Shown: piece by piece, positions 26,374 through 40,300 of the stretch
Numbering within the stretch: position 1 is the first letter of the stretch
Layout: each line of letters begins with the position of its first letter
Assembly (NCBI RefSeq): GCF_006345805.1
Contig: NC_042999.1
Coordinates: 54,932,001-54,996,000, forward strand
Reading direction: 5' to 3'
Length of the DNA stretch: 64,000 nucleotides
Origin: Octopus sinensis
Taxonomy: Eukaryota
Notes under the pieces: model-generated
What the model saw: the letters and a program-made list of their open reading frames with translations, nothing else
What the model was told of the DNA's origin: nothing
Database searches by the model: none
Translations under genes and position numbers: made by a program

Positions 26374-28015
26374 TATCATCATCATTATTATTATTATTAT
26401 TATCATCATCATTATTATCATTATTATTATTATCATCATCATTATTATTATTATTATCATTATCATCATCATCATCATCATCATTATTATTATTACCTTT
26501 ACCTTAGTTAAGGCCGAGGTATCGTTTTCAGTTGTATTTCTTTGTTTGTCCATGGACAAGATATCTCAGGAACCGTTGGATGGATCCAGATGAAACTTTC
26601 AGGGATGCTTGGCCTCATGACTGGCATGAACTGATTAGATTTTGAAATTGATCTAGTACTGGACAAGAATTCTGGATTATTTTTCCTGTTTTCTTACTTA
26701 ATTTTTGAGAGCAGTCGGTTTCATTTTTAGTATTCTCATTTGTGAGATCAGTCAAGTTTATTTCAGATATTCTTATTTTAAAAATTACGGAGATGTACTT
26801 GCATAGCAAGTGATTTGATCTGAGATCGTGTGCTGAAACGAAAACAATTGCAGTGTGAAAGGTGTTTGTAAGCCATTTAAGAAACACACAAAAGCCGTTC
26901 GATTCACTTCAACATTTAAGTTTAATTTGTCAAAATATTTTCGTCGCTTTAAGACCGCGACCTGTTCACTGACAAAGATGCAGCACGGATTTTTGTCAGT
27001 GAACAGGTCACGGTCTTAAAGCAACGAAAATATTTTGACAAATTAAACTTAAATGTTGAAGTGAATCGAACGGCTTTTGTGTGTTTCTTAAATGGCTTAC
27101 AAACACCTTCCACGCTGTAATCATTTTAAAAATCATCTCCAGCTAATCATTGAGAGGACACTGGTGTTGCCTTGGTGGAGGTTGCGCTCTCTGAGTGCTC
27201 TTGTTATTATTAGTATTTTAACGAAGATGGAAGCTGGCAGAATCACTAGCACACTGGATGAAATGTTTAGCGGCATTTCATCCATCTTTACATTCCAAGT
27301 TCAAATTCCGCCAAGGTCGACTTTACTTTTCATCTTTTCAGGTTCAATAAATTAAGTACCAGTCGTGTACTGGGGTCGATGTAATCGACTATCCCCTCTC
27401 AAAAATTTCATGCCTTGTGCCTATAATAGAAAGTATTAGTATTATCATTATTATTATTATTGAGTGAGAGAGCAATGCATGCCATCAAAGTGACACTGGG
27501 GTAAAATATACGAAGCCCAGTATACCCATCATGACTACCCATCTGATAAGGGTACACTAGGCACAAACATCACAACCATATGTGCGCGACATGTTGATCT
27601 CATATCAAGATAAACAGCACATGACCTTGCAGGTGGAGCCCAGTTAGAATTTTCTTCAGGTCAAGTAACCCATCCTGCTCAAAAGGTCCCTGAATAAGGG
27701 TTGCTTTAGGATGTTGAACAAAACATCCATGTTTCCAGAGATGAATTATTCAAACCCCAAAGAATTCCTCTCAACACATGGCTATGATGCTCCCCCACTA
27801 CTTCTGCTCGTGATCAGAGATGCACATATCGTCAGCCACTAAGGGACATGCTCAACTGGTTAAGGTCAAACAACTGACAAGCAAATCTGTGGTATTGAGC
27901 AGAATATTTGCTGTAGCCCATCTTTTATACCAAGACAAAACAATGTACATGATAACACTACCAATCAGTTAAGATCAGAAGCCATGAGAGCCACTGCCTG
28001 GTATTGCATCAGGGC

Positions 28016-28058
<43 letters not shown>

Positions 28059-31000
28059 TTGGCAGTGAGCTGGTAGAATTGTTCGCATGCTTAACGGCAT
28101 TTTATCCATCTTCACATTCTGAGTTCAAATTCTACCGAGGTCAATTTGCCTTTCATCCTTTCGGAGTCGATAAATTGAGTACCAGTGAAACAGTGGGGTC
28201 AGTGTGACTGACTAGTCCCCTCTCCACAAATTCCAAACCTTGTGTCTGTAGAATTATTATTAGTAGTAGTAGGTGCAGGAGTGGCTGTGTGGTAAGTAGC
28301 TTGCTTACCAACCACATGGTCCGGGTTCAGTCCCACTGCGTGGCACCTTGGGCAAGTGTCTTCCACTATAGCTTCGGGCCGACCAAAGCCTTGTGAGTGG
28401 ATTTGGTAGACGGGAACTGAAAGAAGCCCATCATATATATGTATATGTATATATATATGCGTGTGTGTGTTTGTGTATCTGTGTTTGTCCCCCTAGCATT
28501 GCTTGACAACCGATGCTGGTGTGTTTATGTCCCCGTTACTTAGCGGTTCAGCAAAAGAGACCGATAGAATAAGTACTGGGCTTACAAAAGAATAAGTCCC
28601 AGGGTTGAGTTGCTCGATTAAAGGTGGTGCTCCAGCATGGCCGCAGTCAAATGACTGAAACAAGTAAAGAGTAAAAGAGAGTAGTAGTAGTATTAGTATT
28701 ATTATTACTATTATAGGCTGCGAGCTGGCAGAAGCGTTAGCACGCCGGGCGAAATGCTTTGCAGTATTTCGTCTGCCGTTACGTTCCGAGTTCAAATTCC
28801 GCCGAGGTCGACTTTGCCTTTCATCCTTTCGGGGTCGATAAATTAAGCATTATGCACTGGGGTCGATGTAATCTACTTAATCCCTTTGTCTGTCTTTGTT
28901 TGTCCCCTCTATGTTTAGCACCTTGTGGGTAGTAAAGAAATATATTATTAGTGTCATTTCTTTAAGGTAGCAGGTTGGGCCAAATGCTTAGCGGCATTTC
29001 ATCCATCTTTATATTCCAAGTTCAGATTCCTCTCCAGTTGACTGACTTTGCTTTTCATCATTTCAGGAATTCCTCATCATCATCATCATGTCGTTTAAAC
29101 ATCCACTTTCCATACTGGCAGCGGGTGCTTTTTACATGCTACCAGCATGGGGCCAGTAAGGGAGCACTGGCATCAACCCCATTCGGATGGTGCTTTTTAT
29201 GTGCCACCCGCACAGGAGCCTGTCAGGCAGATTACATAAACACCTGTGAAATAGTGGCGGGGGGGGACAATGTAATTGACTAACCCTTCCTTTTAAAATT
29301 GCTTACATTGGGTCAGCATTTTAAACCATTGCGGATTGCGGATCCGTAGAATAAGCTGCCAGACGAGATAGTGAAGATGCCGACGACCGCTCGGTTCAAA
29401 GTCTCTCTTGACCAGAAATGGCCTGAACTCTTTGCATGAACACCCTCACTGTACATAACTCCATGTCCCCCTACATGGCCTTGCTTTTTGATTTTTGAGC
29501 CCAAAAAATTAACTTAACTTAACTTAACTTAACATTATTATTACATTCAGTTGTTATTGTTGTTGTTGTTGTATTTGTTTCAGAATGTCCTAGGGAGAGA
29601 TACGGAGAGAAATGTCTAGAACGGTGCCGATGTGAGAACAATGCAACCTGTATTGCAACAAATGGTTCCTGTATTTGCCAACCAGGATGGGTTGGACAAG
29701 TTTGTGACAGAAGTAAGATACTTGATAATAATTCTTTGAGTTTTGGTCGGCTGAGAACTCTTGATGGAAAACCCAAGAGAAATCTTAACCCATTGCCTGC
29801 CATGAACCCCATTTGGGGATCTACTAAAAACAGTGTCCCTACCGGTTATTTGTTGTATTTAAAGTGAATTGCTTAGGTAGATTGCATTTGCAGAGATGTG
29901 TTTAACAATATTTAGTAATTAAAGTTTGTCATTATTAGCACTGGATAATTTCTAAAGGACATTTTATGTCATAAATCCCAATTTTTGAACTACAAAAATA
30001 TTGACCGTTTTGAAAACTTTTTCTTTCTTTTTTTTTTCATTTGCATTTCCCCTCTGTATCATTCTTTGATATTTCATACACATTCACATTTGATACTATA
30101 GTTTCAAAAAAAAAAAAAAATATAATGTTTATTATTGAAATTGAATAGAAAAGGATAAATATGCTTTTTTTTTTCAGCAACCCCCATTTGGTTTAGGACA
30201 AATGTTGCTGTAATTTACGACACGATCAGTGTCCTTATATTTTCAAACAAGGGAATCTCACACCCCACAAATATTGTTTTGAGCCGAGTAGGGGTGCTAG
30301 ATTCCGTTGTTCAAAAATATAAGGACACATCGTGTCGTACAGCCAGCTGGAGACGATGTCTCCTGGGGCTAAATTACAGCAACATTCGACCTAAACCAGG
30401 ACTGCCATGTTATGTTGGCAAACAATCTTTACCCCATCCTTATTACTGGTTAGGACACTGTATTTCATTTAGCAATCCTGATATACAATCAAGTATATTA
30501 AAGGTTTATACATCAATACTGTATTCTACTCTTTGTGTCAGAAGTGTAACTTAATCCCTTTTAAGTCTAATCTCTACAGATTTCCTATAGAATTCACAGT
30601 CAGCACTAAAAGTTGTGACATTTCATATACGAATACGTCTATGTAAACAATGCATTTGAAGATAAAAAAATAGGAAATTGGTGTAAATACATATTTCAGG
30701 AGTTGTTGCCCTTCCTTCAGTATCACATCCAACCCATTGACCATCTACAAACACATTCCTTAAACAGTCATTAAATTTAGTGGTGTAACACTATTGGGTG
30801 GATCAATTTAGGTAGTGGGGGCTCTAAAAGGGGTTTCAAGGAGTAGTATCCCTGCCTTCCTGTGCACATTTCTTAAAAATCGTGCTCCCCGTAGAAAACC
30901 CATCTCCAAAAAGCCTCATGATAGCAAAGGAGAATGGGCACCAGCCAGCCCAAAGGTTGGGGTGGGCTGCACTTGCCTACCTCAGTTGCTATGGCATTGA

Positions 31001-33145
31001 GATAGATCCAGCCACCCCTGTTAATGGGGACAAAACCCAGATTTAAAGCACTGGATGATGATGATGATAAATTTACATATCAAACACCTTCCCTGTTTTT
31101 CCAATTGAATTGTTTATGTAGATGTATTCATATATGAAACATCATAACTTTTAGTGTTGGCTCTAAATTCTATAGAAAATTTTTAGAGATAACTTAAAAA
31201 TGATCTATGCAGGAATTTATAATATATGCAAATATATGTGTTGATTTCACCATTTGTTGCTTCATCAGCTCAGTAGTTGTAAACAATGGCCTCACTGCTC
31301 ATACGAACAGTGTCTACTTTTGTTGTCCATTGAGAAAAGATGTTTAGGGTCCTTGACATTGTACAATGTTTGTAAACAAAAGGCTCATTCACATGGAGTC
31401 GTTTGTTTCCAGTGTCTGCATAAAACATGTCCAGGTTGTTTTGTCATTTGAAAGACTGGAAGATTATTCCCACACTTGGAAACCGGTAAGGGTCTCCAAA
31501 CTATAAAAGAAAAGTCTGCCCTGAGGAATATCAAGATTGGCACTGCTTCACTCAAGCAGTGTTATCATAGAATATTAGTTCATACATCATTGTCCCTGAC
31601 AATGACCAAGGACATCACCTAGGAGAAGATAATGGGACATGGTGTGTCCAGTTGTGGTCGATCAGTTCAGTGCATGTCCAGAAGGCTCTGCTGCAGATTG
31701 GACACAGGTGGGGGTCTGTTGACTGAAAGCGAAGAGTTGAATAGTTCACATTTTCTTTGTGTCCCAGCAACCTTGTTCTGTTCATATGAGGTGGTTCCTC
31801 TGTTTGTACAGCTTCACCAGCAGGACAATCTTGTGCTTGTGTTTCCCAGGTGTCATGGTTGATCCCAAAGCTCTTCAGTGAAGCTTTGAGTGTGTCCATG
31901 AAGTGCTTCTTTTTGTCCACCTTGCATGTGCTTGTCTTCCATCAGTTTGCTATAAAATAGTTTCTTGGGGAGTTGTGTGTCAGGCATTCTGTGCTCTCCT
32001 CAGCAGTATATAAATCCATGGCAAATCAGCTCAAGAGAGAACCTCCATAACTGAGACCCTGTCTTGCCAAGTGGTTTTCAATAGATTTCTCAGTTCATGT
32101 GGGAGTGGTTTAGCTTCTTGCAGGCATGGTGTTCATAAACTGTTCAAGTCTCACAGGTGTAGAATACAAACATACACACATATAGAGGCTTCCTGCAATT
32201 TCCATCTACCAAATTCTCTCACATGGTATTGATTGATCTCAGGCTATAGTGTAAGACAGCCAAGATACTGTAGAGTGGGACTGAACCTGAAATCATAAAC
32301 CCTGAATTCTATTCACTTACTTTTCTTTTTTGTCCGTGTTTGTAGTGTGTGCCCCTGGAACTTATGGTGTAAAATGCCGTAGCAAATGCATCTGTCAGAA
32401 CAGTGCCGAATGTGACCCAGTGACTGGAGAGTGTATTTGTTCTCCAGGCTGGACAGGAGTTGGTTGTAACGAACGTAAGTAATAAATATTCTTTAACCTT
32501 TATGAGATTCTTATATTAAATTTATTCCACTTTACCAGTTTTTGTCTGTAAATATTCTTGCTGATCAGGTGGTCAGTTGGCAGTATTGTTAACATGCCAG
32601 GTAAAATGTTTGATGACGTTTTGTTCATCTTTACATTCTGAGTTCAAATTCCACTGAGGTTGACTTTGCCTTTCACCCTTTTAAGGTCATTAAAATAAGT
32701 ACCAGTTAAACACTGGGGTTGATGTAATTGACTTCCACCATCGCCACCACCACCACCACTACCCTGAATTGCTGGCCTGGTTCCAAAATTTGAAACCAAT
32801 ATTCTTTGTGTACACAAACTATTGCTGGTTTCCTTAGTTCCAGCTGTTTCATCAAAATTTGAAACTCTGTTACCGTTTCAATACCAACACAATGAAGACA
32901 GCTCCTATTTCTACAGATTTCTGTTTTAAAATTATTTAAATTAAAGCCTTTCATTGAATTTCCATGTTCATTTGTTCCAAACACCAGCTTAATAAGGACA
33001 ATTAGTTGACTAAATGCCTCGTTATTTTCAAAATTTATTGAAACAAAAGGCAGCATATCTCCTCAAAATTATAAAAGAGTTTGCTTGAAATATTTCAATT
33101 CTTATGCAAAATAAAAATAGTTTATCTTGTCTCATTCATTTATAA

Positions 33146-33178
<33 letters not shown>

Positions 33179-36100
33179 GTTTAACCCCTTACCTAACAAT
33201 TATTTTGAAAATAAATGTATTTTTTCAGACATATTTTTTAATTGTTTTATTTTACTATGTTTTGAATGGTGATTTTGGCAAGTCTATCTTTTGATGAGTT
33301 AACTCACCAGAGATAGAAAAAAACGATTTCGGTCAAAACGCATATATTCGTTTCTGCCGGGTAAGGGGTTAACATCCGCTTTCCATGCTAGCATGGGTTG
33401 GACGATTTTGACTGAGGGCTGGTGAACCAGATGGCTGCACCAGGCTCCAATCTTGATCTGGCAGAGTTTCTATAGCCGGATGCCCTTCCTAATGCCAACC
33501 ACTCCGAGAGTGTAGTGGGTGCTCTTTACATGCCATCGGCACAGGGGCCAGTCAAGCGGTACTGGCAACGACCTCGCTCGAATCTTTTTACACATGCCAC
33601 CAGCACAGGTGCCAGTAAGGCGATGTTGGTAACAATCACGCTTGAATGGTGCTCTTTTACATGCCACTGGCACGGAAGCCAGTTGGCTGCTCTGGCAATG
33701 ATCATGCTCGGATGGTGCTCTTGGCACCCTACTAGTATGGGCACAAGTACCAGTAGGGTGACGCTGGTAACGATCACTCTCAAATGGTGCCCTTTAAGTG
33801 CCACTGGCACAGAAGCCGGTTAGCCGCTCGATGCTTAATTAAAAACATTATTTTGTTCTTAAAATTTCCTTATCAATTAACAAACAATTATGCTAATAAT
33901 TCATGTTTTGTGTTTCCTTTTAATTTTCAACTTTCTATCTTTATTTTTATATTTACCATCATCATTTAATATCCATTTTCAATTCTGGCATGGAAAATGG
34001 ATATTAAATGAGGATAATTTTATACATAGAATAAATGAAGAAAAGCTCCGAGATAAACATCATTAATTCCATAATTACGTAGCTGCAATACATAATTAAT
34101 TAATTTGAATTAAATTTATTTGAGAATTATGTTTATGTAAATTAGTAATAATTAGAGTTCATTTAAATTATCTCAGTTATGTATTTGTGAAATTAATGAT
34201 GTTTTACTTCTTGAAATTACTCAGGAGCACAAAATATGAACTAAATGTTTTTCTCCTTTTATTCTGAACATGTTGCTCTTTAATGATCATTTTAGTCAAA
34301 ATGCAAGTCTGTCCCACTTGAATTTACTGCAATCTAGTAACATATTGGAGTTTAACAACCTGTTACTAATTGAAATCTTAATTATCATTTAACAAACTTA
34401 ATTCCCATTTTTCTCTTCAAACTCTGAAATGACGCATATATTTGTCAACTCCTTTGACCCTCTTTGCCATTTTATTGTATCTTATCTAAATCTACTGTAA
34501 TTTCCCTTCTAGGATGTCCCCAAAACACATACGGCCCTGGATGTTCAATGAGATGCGCTTGTGAAAACGGAGCCTACTGTGACCACATCCATGGTGTCTG
34601 TATCTGTACAGCAGGTTGGCGAGGCAAGATTTGCAACAAAGCCTGCCCCGAGGGCTTCTATGGCATTGAATGTCTAAAGAAATGTGAATGCAGAAATGGA
34701 GCACAGTGTGACTACGTGACTGGGGTGTGCAGCTGTGCCCCAGGATGGATGGGGAACAAGTGCACAACCCCTTGTCCAGAGGATACCTATGGAAAGGACT
34801 GTGAAGAGTTCTGTGACTGCCTCAATGGTGGGAACTGTGATGCTGTATCTGGAATTTGCATTTGCAAACCTGGATATATGGGCAGACAGTGTGAAAAAGG
34901 TAAGGACATGCTTATCTGAAACATTATTATCATTCAGCAGCCTTATTTATATCACGTGCTTTCACTGCACTACCGAGTGCAGCCCTGTGTGCCTTCGGTA
35001 TGAGCTGTAGTTTGTTGTGATGCTCTTATTCTCACTCTATTGAAAGTGTTTTACGTAGGACGTGTTCGGTGCCGAGTGGTGCTATTTTCTGTATGTTATA
35101 TTTACTTGTTAGTCCTGGTAGTTTTCGTATGTATTTGTCTGATTGTTTTTTATCATACCTAATGCACCTATTATGATAAGAATTGTTTCTGTTTTTAGAC
35201 TCCACATTCAAGGTACCTCTATTTCCAAGTCTTAGCATTTTGAAAATTTCTCCATGTCTCTTAGAGAAACGTTGTCATCTGTTGGTATTGATATATCGAT
35301 TAAAAAGCATATTTTTTTTCTTGGTGATCTCTGACAACTATATCCGGACTATTGGCCTTAATTTCTCTATCTGTGTGTACTGGCATATCCCATAGTATGG
35401 TTGCTTTCTCATTTTCTGCGACCTTTTCTGGCGTGTGCCTATACCATCTTTTTTCTGTTGTTATTCCATAGCATTGACATAGCTTTCAGTGTATATAGGT
35501 TCTAACTCTCTTGTGTCTGTGAATATATTCACCAAAGAAGAAAATTAAAAACATAAATCTAAAAATATTGGATAAAAACTAAATCAAACCAAATTTATAT
35601 AAATTTAAAATATATAAATGAAGAAGGTAAAATGAGAAAATGAGAAAGCTGCTGACAATGTCAAAAGTTTTATAAAACCTTTGTATTTCAAGCGCAAAGG
35701 CCCATCATCATCATCATTGTTTAACATCCACTTTCCATGCTGGTATGGGTTGGACGGTTTGACTAGGGACTGGCAAGCCAGGAGGCTGCACCAGGCTCCA
35801 ATCTGATCTGGCTGTGTTTCTACAGCTGGATTCCCTTCCTAACACCAACCACTCCGAGAGTGTAATGGGTGTTTTTTATGTTCCACTGGCAAGGGTGCCA
35901 GTCAGGAGGTACTAGCATCGGCCACGTTCAGATGGTGCTTTCTACATGCCACCGGCACAGAAGCCAATCAGGCTGGCACATCGACCACATTTGGATGGTG
36001 CTTTTTATGGGGAGCCAGTCAGGTGTCACTGGCAACGACCCATGCATGAAAGGTGCTTAAAAGAATTTGTGAAATGTCCAGTTATGCCGCTTCTGTTAAC

Positions 36101-37339
36101 CCATTTAAATCCCTTAGGGAATTTGCACCTCTGAACCTGAAATATAATATTATTACAAAACTTTCTACATTGTCAGAGGCTTTCTATACTCTCTTTTTAC
36201 CGTCTTCAAGATTACAATACTTCAAGCAAACTACAACATCTCTATATTTATAAATAGCAAAATGTCTGTGTGTTTGTGTGTGCTTTATACAAATCAACAA
36301 TTTTTCAGTTAGAGGGCTCACACTTTCTATGGTTATTCAAAACCATCCAAGGGTGGTCGTGCACATCTTTACATTTCCCCAGTTACCCCGCAAAGCCATT
36401 AAAAATTCAATAGAAGTGACTTTTTTGTGAATTTTCTATCCAAAACCCAATCAAAATGCCCGAAACTTGATACGTCAATTGAATGCCAGCTAGCTGTATA
36501 TGATTGGTCAGAGATTTGGACAGTGTATGTACGTACGCACGCAGCTGTATATGCATTCACTAGCACTGTGACCCGGCAACGCCAGGTCATAGTGCTAGTT
36601 CTTATATAAATGTTTGGACTTGTTATTTTTTTTAATATTTAAAACCAATTCTCTGTCTCTGTTTTGTCTTAAGGCATCTCTTTTTGGTTTAGTTCAGCTT
36701 CTTTGAAGTAATTTACAGATGTTACTGTACTTGGTTCTGTGTTTTGAATAAATTAACACAAAAAATAGTTTAGATAATTTGTAGAACCATAGATAAAATG
36801 GTTTGTTGGATTTACCTATAACTTATCTTCAGTTACTATTCAAAGTTTAGTCGTTTATCCTTCTTGGGTCAACATATTAAGGTACCTATCATATACTAAG
36901 GTCATTTAAACCAGTTAAACTCCTCCACCTACTTCCTAAAAATGTTACCTTGTGCCCAGCTAACAAATTATCATCATTGGATGGTTAAATAAGCTGTGGA
37001 AGCAATCAGACAGACGGACACAAAGTTCTTGTCTCTTAGTGTTATGTTTTAAACAACCTAAACAATGAAATGTCTTCAAAGGCATAATCGATATCTTTAA
37101 TAGAGTAAAACGTTATTAGAAAGATCAATAAAATTATGTATTCCCAACACAAATAAGGACTCTCGTTAATTATTATTATTTGAAGATAATATCGGCAGCA
37201 GTATTTAATCTCTTTTGGGTTCTTATTTTAAAAGACTCTGCCTTCTATTTTTCTCGTCCATAATTAATGAACTCGAGTAATACATTACAATGCCGCATTT
37301 TTCCTTTCACCTAAAATTTCGATTTTAAAGCCTTTTCCG

Positions 37340-37373
<34 letters not shown>

Positions 37374-40300
37374 TAATCTCCCTTGATATTTAAGATCAGG
37401 CGAAGGGAGATAATTAGAAAGCCAACAATTGCAGCGTGGAAGGTGTTTAGAAGCCATTTAAAAACCTCACAAAAAAACGTTAGATTCACTTCAACATTTA
37501 AATTTAATTGCCAAAATATTTTCGTCGCTTTGAGACTGCAACCTGTTCACTAACAAAATTCCGTGGTGCATCAAAGGTTTTTGAAATTTAATATTTCGTA
37601 AAACTGTAATGGTGCTGAATGATTAAAAACAAAAGTTGTCAGAGGGAATGGTTTAATTCATCATCATCATCGTTTAACGTCCGTTCTCCATGCTAGCATG
37701 GGTTGGATGGTTCCACCGGGGATCTGGGAAGACAGAAGGCTGCACCAGGCTCCAGTCTTATGTGGCAATGTTTCTACAGCTGGATGCCCTTCCTAACGCC
37801 AACCACTCCGTGAGTGTAGTGGGTGCTTTTTACGTGCCACCTGCACAGGTGCCAGGCGAGGTTGGCAATGGCCACGGTAGGATTGGTGCATTTTACGTGC
37901 CACCGGCACGGTAGCCAGTCGAGGCGGCGCTGGCATTGGCCACGATTCGGATAGTGCTTTTTACGTACCACCAGTCCTGGGGTCCTGTCTTCTGCCGGGT
38001 GCCAGTCATAGGATTGGTTCAATTTCGATTCCGATTTCGATTTAATTTTTCAAAATCCGTTCTGGCTACGTTTATTTTTTTTTTTTTTACCTCAAACGGA
38101 TCCAACCACTACCCATAATGTAGTACTAGCTGTGGAGGAGGAGGAGAGGGTGGCAATATTTCTGCCGAAAAACAAAGAATCCCAATGACAGACATTGTAC
38201 ATGACAGGAAACAGCACCAGGTGGATGTTAGGTCTTTTGTTCCCCTTGGTTGCAAGTTCAAATCCCTCTGCAGGCAGATACATGTTAATGACATCCATCA
38301 AATACCATTCTGCAATTTAGTTAAAAACAACCACCAACTATTTAAGAGCAGTGTGGAATTTTAAATGTTTTATTCATAAGTTTCATATATCATCATTATT
38401 TGACTTTCATTTTTCCATGCTGGCATGGGTTGGACAGTTTGACCAGAGCTTGTAAGCTAGTGAGTGGCACCAGGTTCAGTTCAATTTGTCTTAGCTTCTA
38501 TGGATGGGTGAGTCACAAAGTAATGCCATTTTGTTTAGGACAGGTGTAATTACCAACACAGGAACATGTATCATACATCAAAATGAAGCTGGTCCTCTGT
38601 GGATCACCTCTCTACTTCTCAACATAGTCACCATTTCTCTCAATAGCAAGGTTCCACCTTCGAATGAGAGCATGTATCCCTGCCCCGTAAAATTCTGTTG
38701 ACTGTTCTTTGAGTCACTTCTTCACTACAGTTTTCACTTCCTAGTCACTGGAATAATTTAGCACCTTCAGATTATCATCTCTTCGGCCCCATGAAAGAGG
38801 TTTTGAGAGGCAAACATTATTCCAGTGACGAGGAAGGGAAAAACTATAGTGAAGAAGTGGCTCAAAGAACAGTCAACAGAATATATATATATATACATAC
38901 ACACACACACACAAGAGTTACAGAATGGAGTAGGTAAGATCTGAGCTACATATGTTTCATAGCGAGCGGAATCTTGGAAATGGTAAATATGCAAGCGAAG
39001 TGTATACCGCAGGCTACTCTTCAGGCCATGGGTATCTTGATTAAATTAAAGATTATATTGTCGCAAGGAGGTACGTGTTGACACATGGACGATTCAGTCA
39101 TAATGTGTAGAGAGCAGAAAAGGAGAGGAGAATATAAATGTAGGGAGAAATCAGGATTAAAAGAAGAAACAAAAAGAAAATATATTATTTTGGTTTGGTT
39201 TAGGTTTGGTCTTATTCCTGACAGGATTTATGTGGGTAGCAGGTTATTACCTGTAACCTTAGGCATCCAGAAGTTTCAGCAGTCTTCTGAGTGCTTAGAA
39301 TTCTCCTGATAATCCTTGCTGTCCCTAAGAGACAAACTTTCTGTAGAAGCTCTGCTATTCCGATCTCCCTCAGCCGTTTGTCTTTATGTTTGCTTATTGT
39401 TTTCAACACACCAATTATCATAGACACAATCTTTACTGTTCTCATACTTCAAATTCTTCCAATTTCAAATTTTAAGGGATTGTATCTATTTTTTCTTCTT
39501 CTTTCTTTACAATCCTGGAATCAAACAGACATGTTGGGTTAATTAGTAAGCAACTTCACTTTTCTTAATCTATAATCGTTATGCCTGGTCTTTTATTTGC
39601 TTGTCTGTTTGAATAAGAAAGTCCCACAAAATCTTACATTTCTCCGACTCCAGTGCTCTTTCAATTTGATGATTGTACCAGGTTTCCAGCTTCAAATCCC
39701 CATTTTTGGCAAAATTTTCAGTGTAAACTTTTACACCCTGATCGTGCTTCCATTTCTTATATTCTTCCTGTGACAACTTTGAGCATTCTGCCACAATGTG
39801 TTGCATTGTCTTGCTCCAAGTTCCACAGGCTCTACATTTTTATGACATATATTTTTTGTCTCAAGTTGTTTGTTTTTATTGCTTGATCTTGGGCTGCTAC
39901 AATTAGGCTCTCTGTTTCTGTTTTTAATTGCTCCTTTTTTAACCAAGCCCAGGATTTTGTTTCACATGTCTTTAAGTGGATCTCCAAAATTGGCCATGCA
40001 GAGGTTTCTCTTCAATGTCTGGTATGCTCTCTTTGTATTTCATTTTTGTCCTTTTCTCTTATTACATGCTTCATTACCTGTTCTGTATTAACTGCTTTTA
40101 GTAGTTTTTTGTGCTTTTTCTTGCCATCTAATCCACTTCTTTCTACCACTATTAAGCCCCTTCCATCCTGGTCTCTCCTCAAATACAGTCAGTTGATATC
40201 AGCTTTCGGATGTTGGACTCCATACATCGTCAGAAACTCCCTAATTTTTCTGTCAAGTTTCTTTACATCATTTTTGGTCCAATCTATAATTCCAATTACA

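Noticed and set aside
26058-26559. Poly-His/Tyr/Leu/Ile ORFs
   Set aside because: Translations of a (TTA)/(TCA) microsatellite.
27960-28017. HDV-like or hammerhead ribozyme at the 5' end of family F
   Set aside because: CTGATGC is not a hammerhead core, and I could not build P1/P3 by eye; needs an Infernal search.
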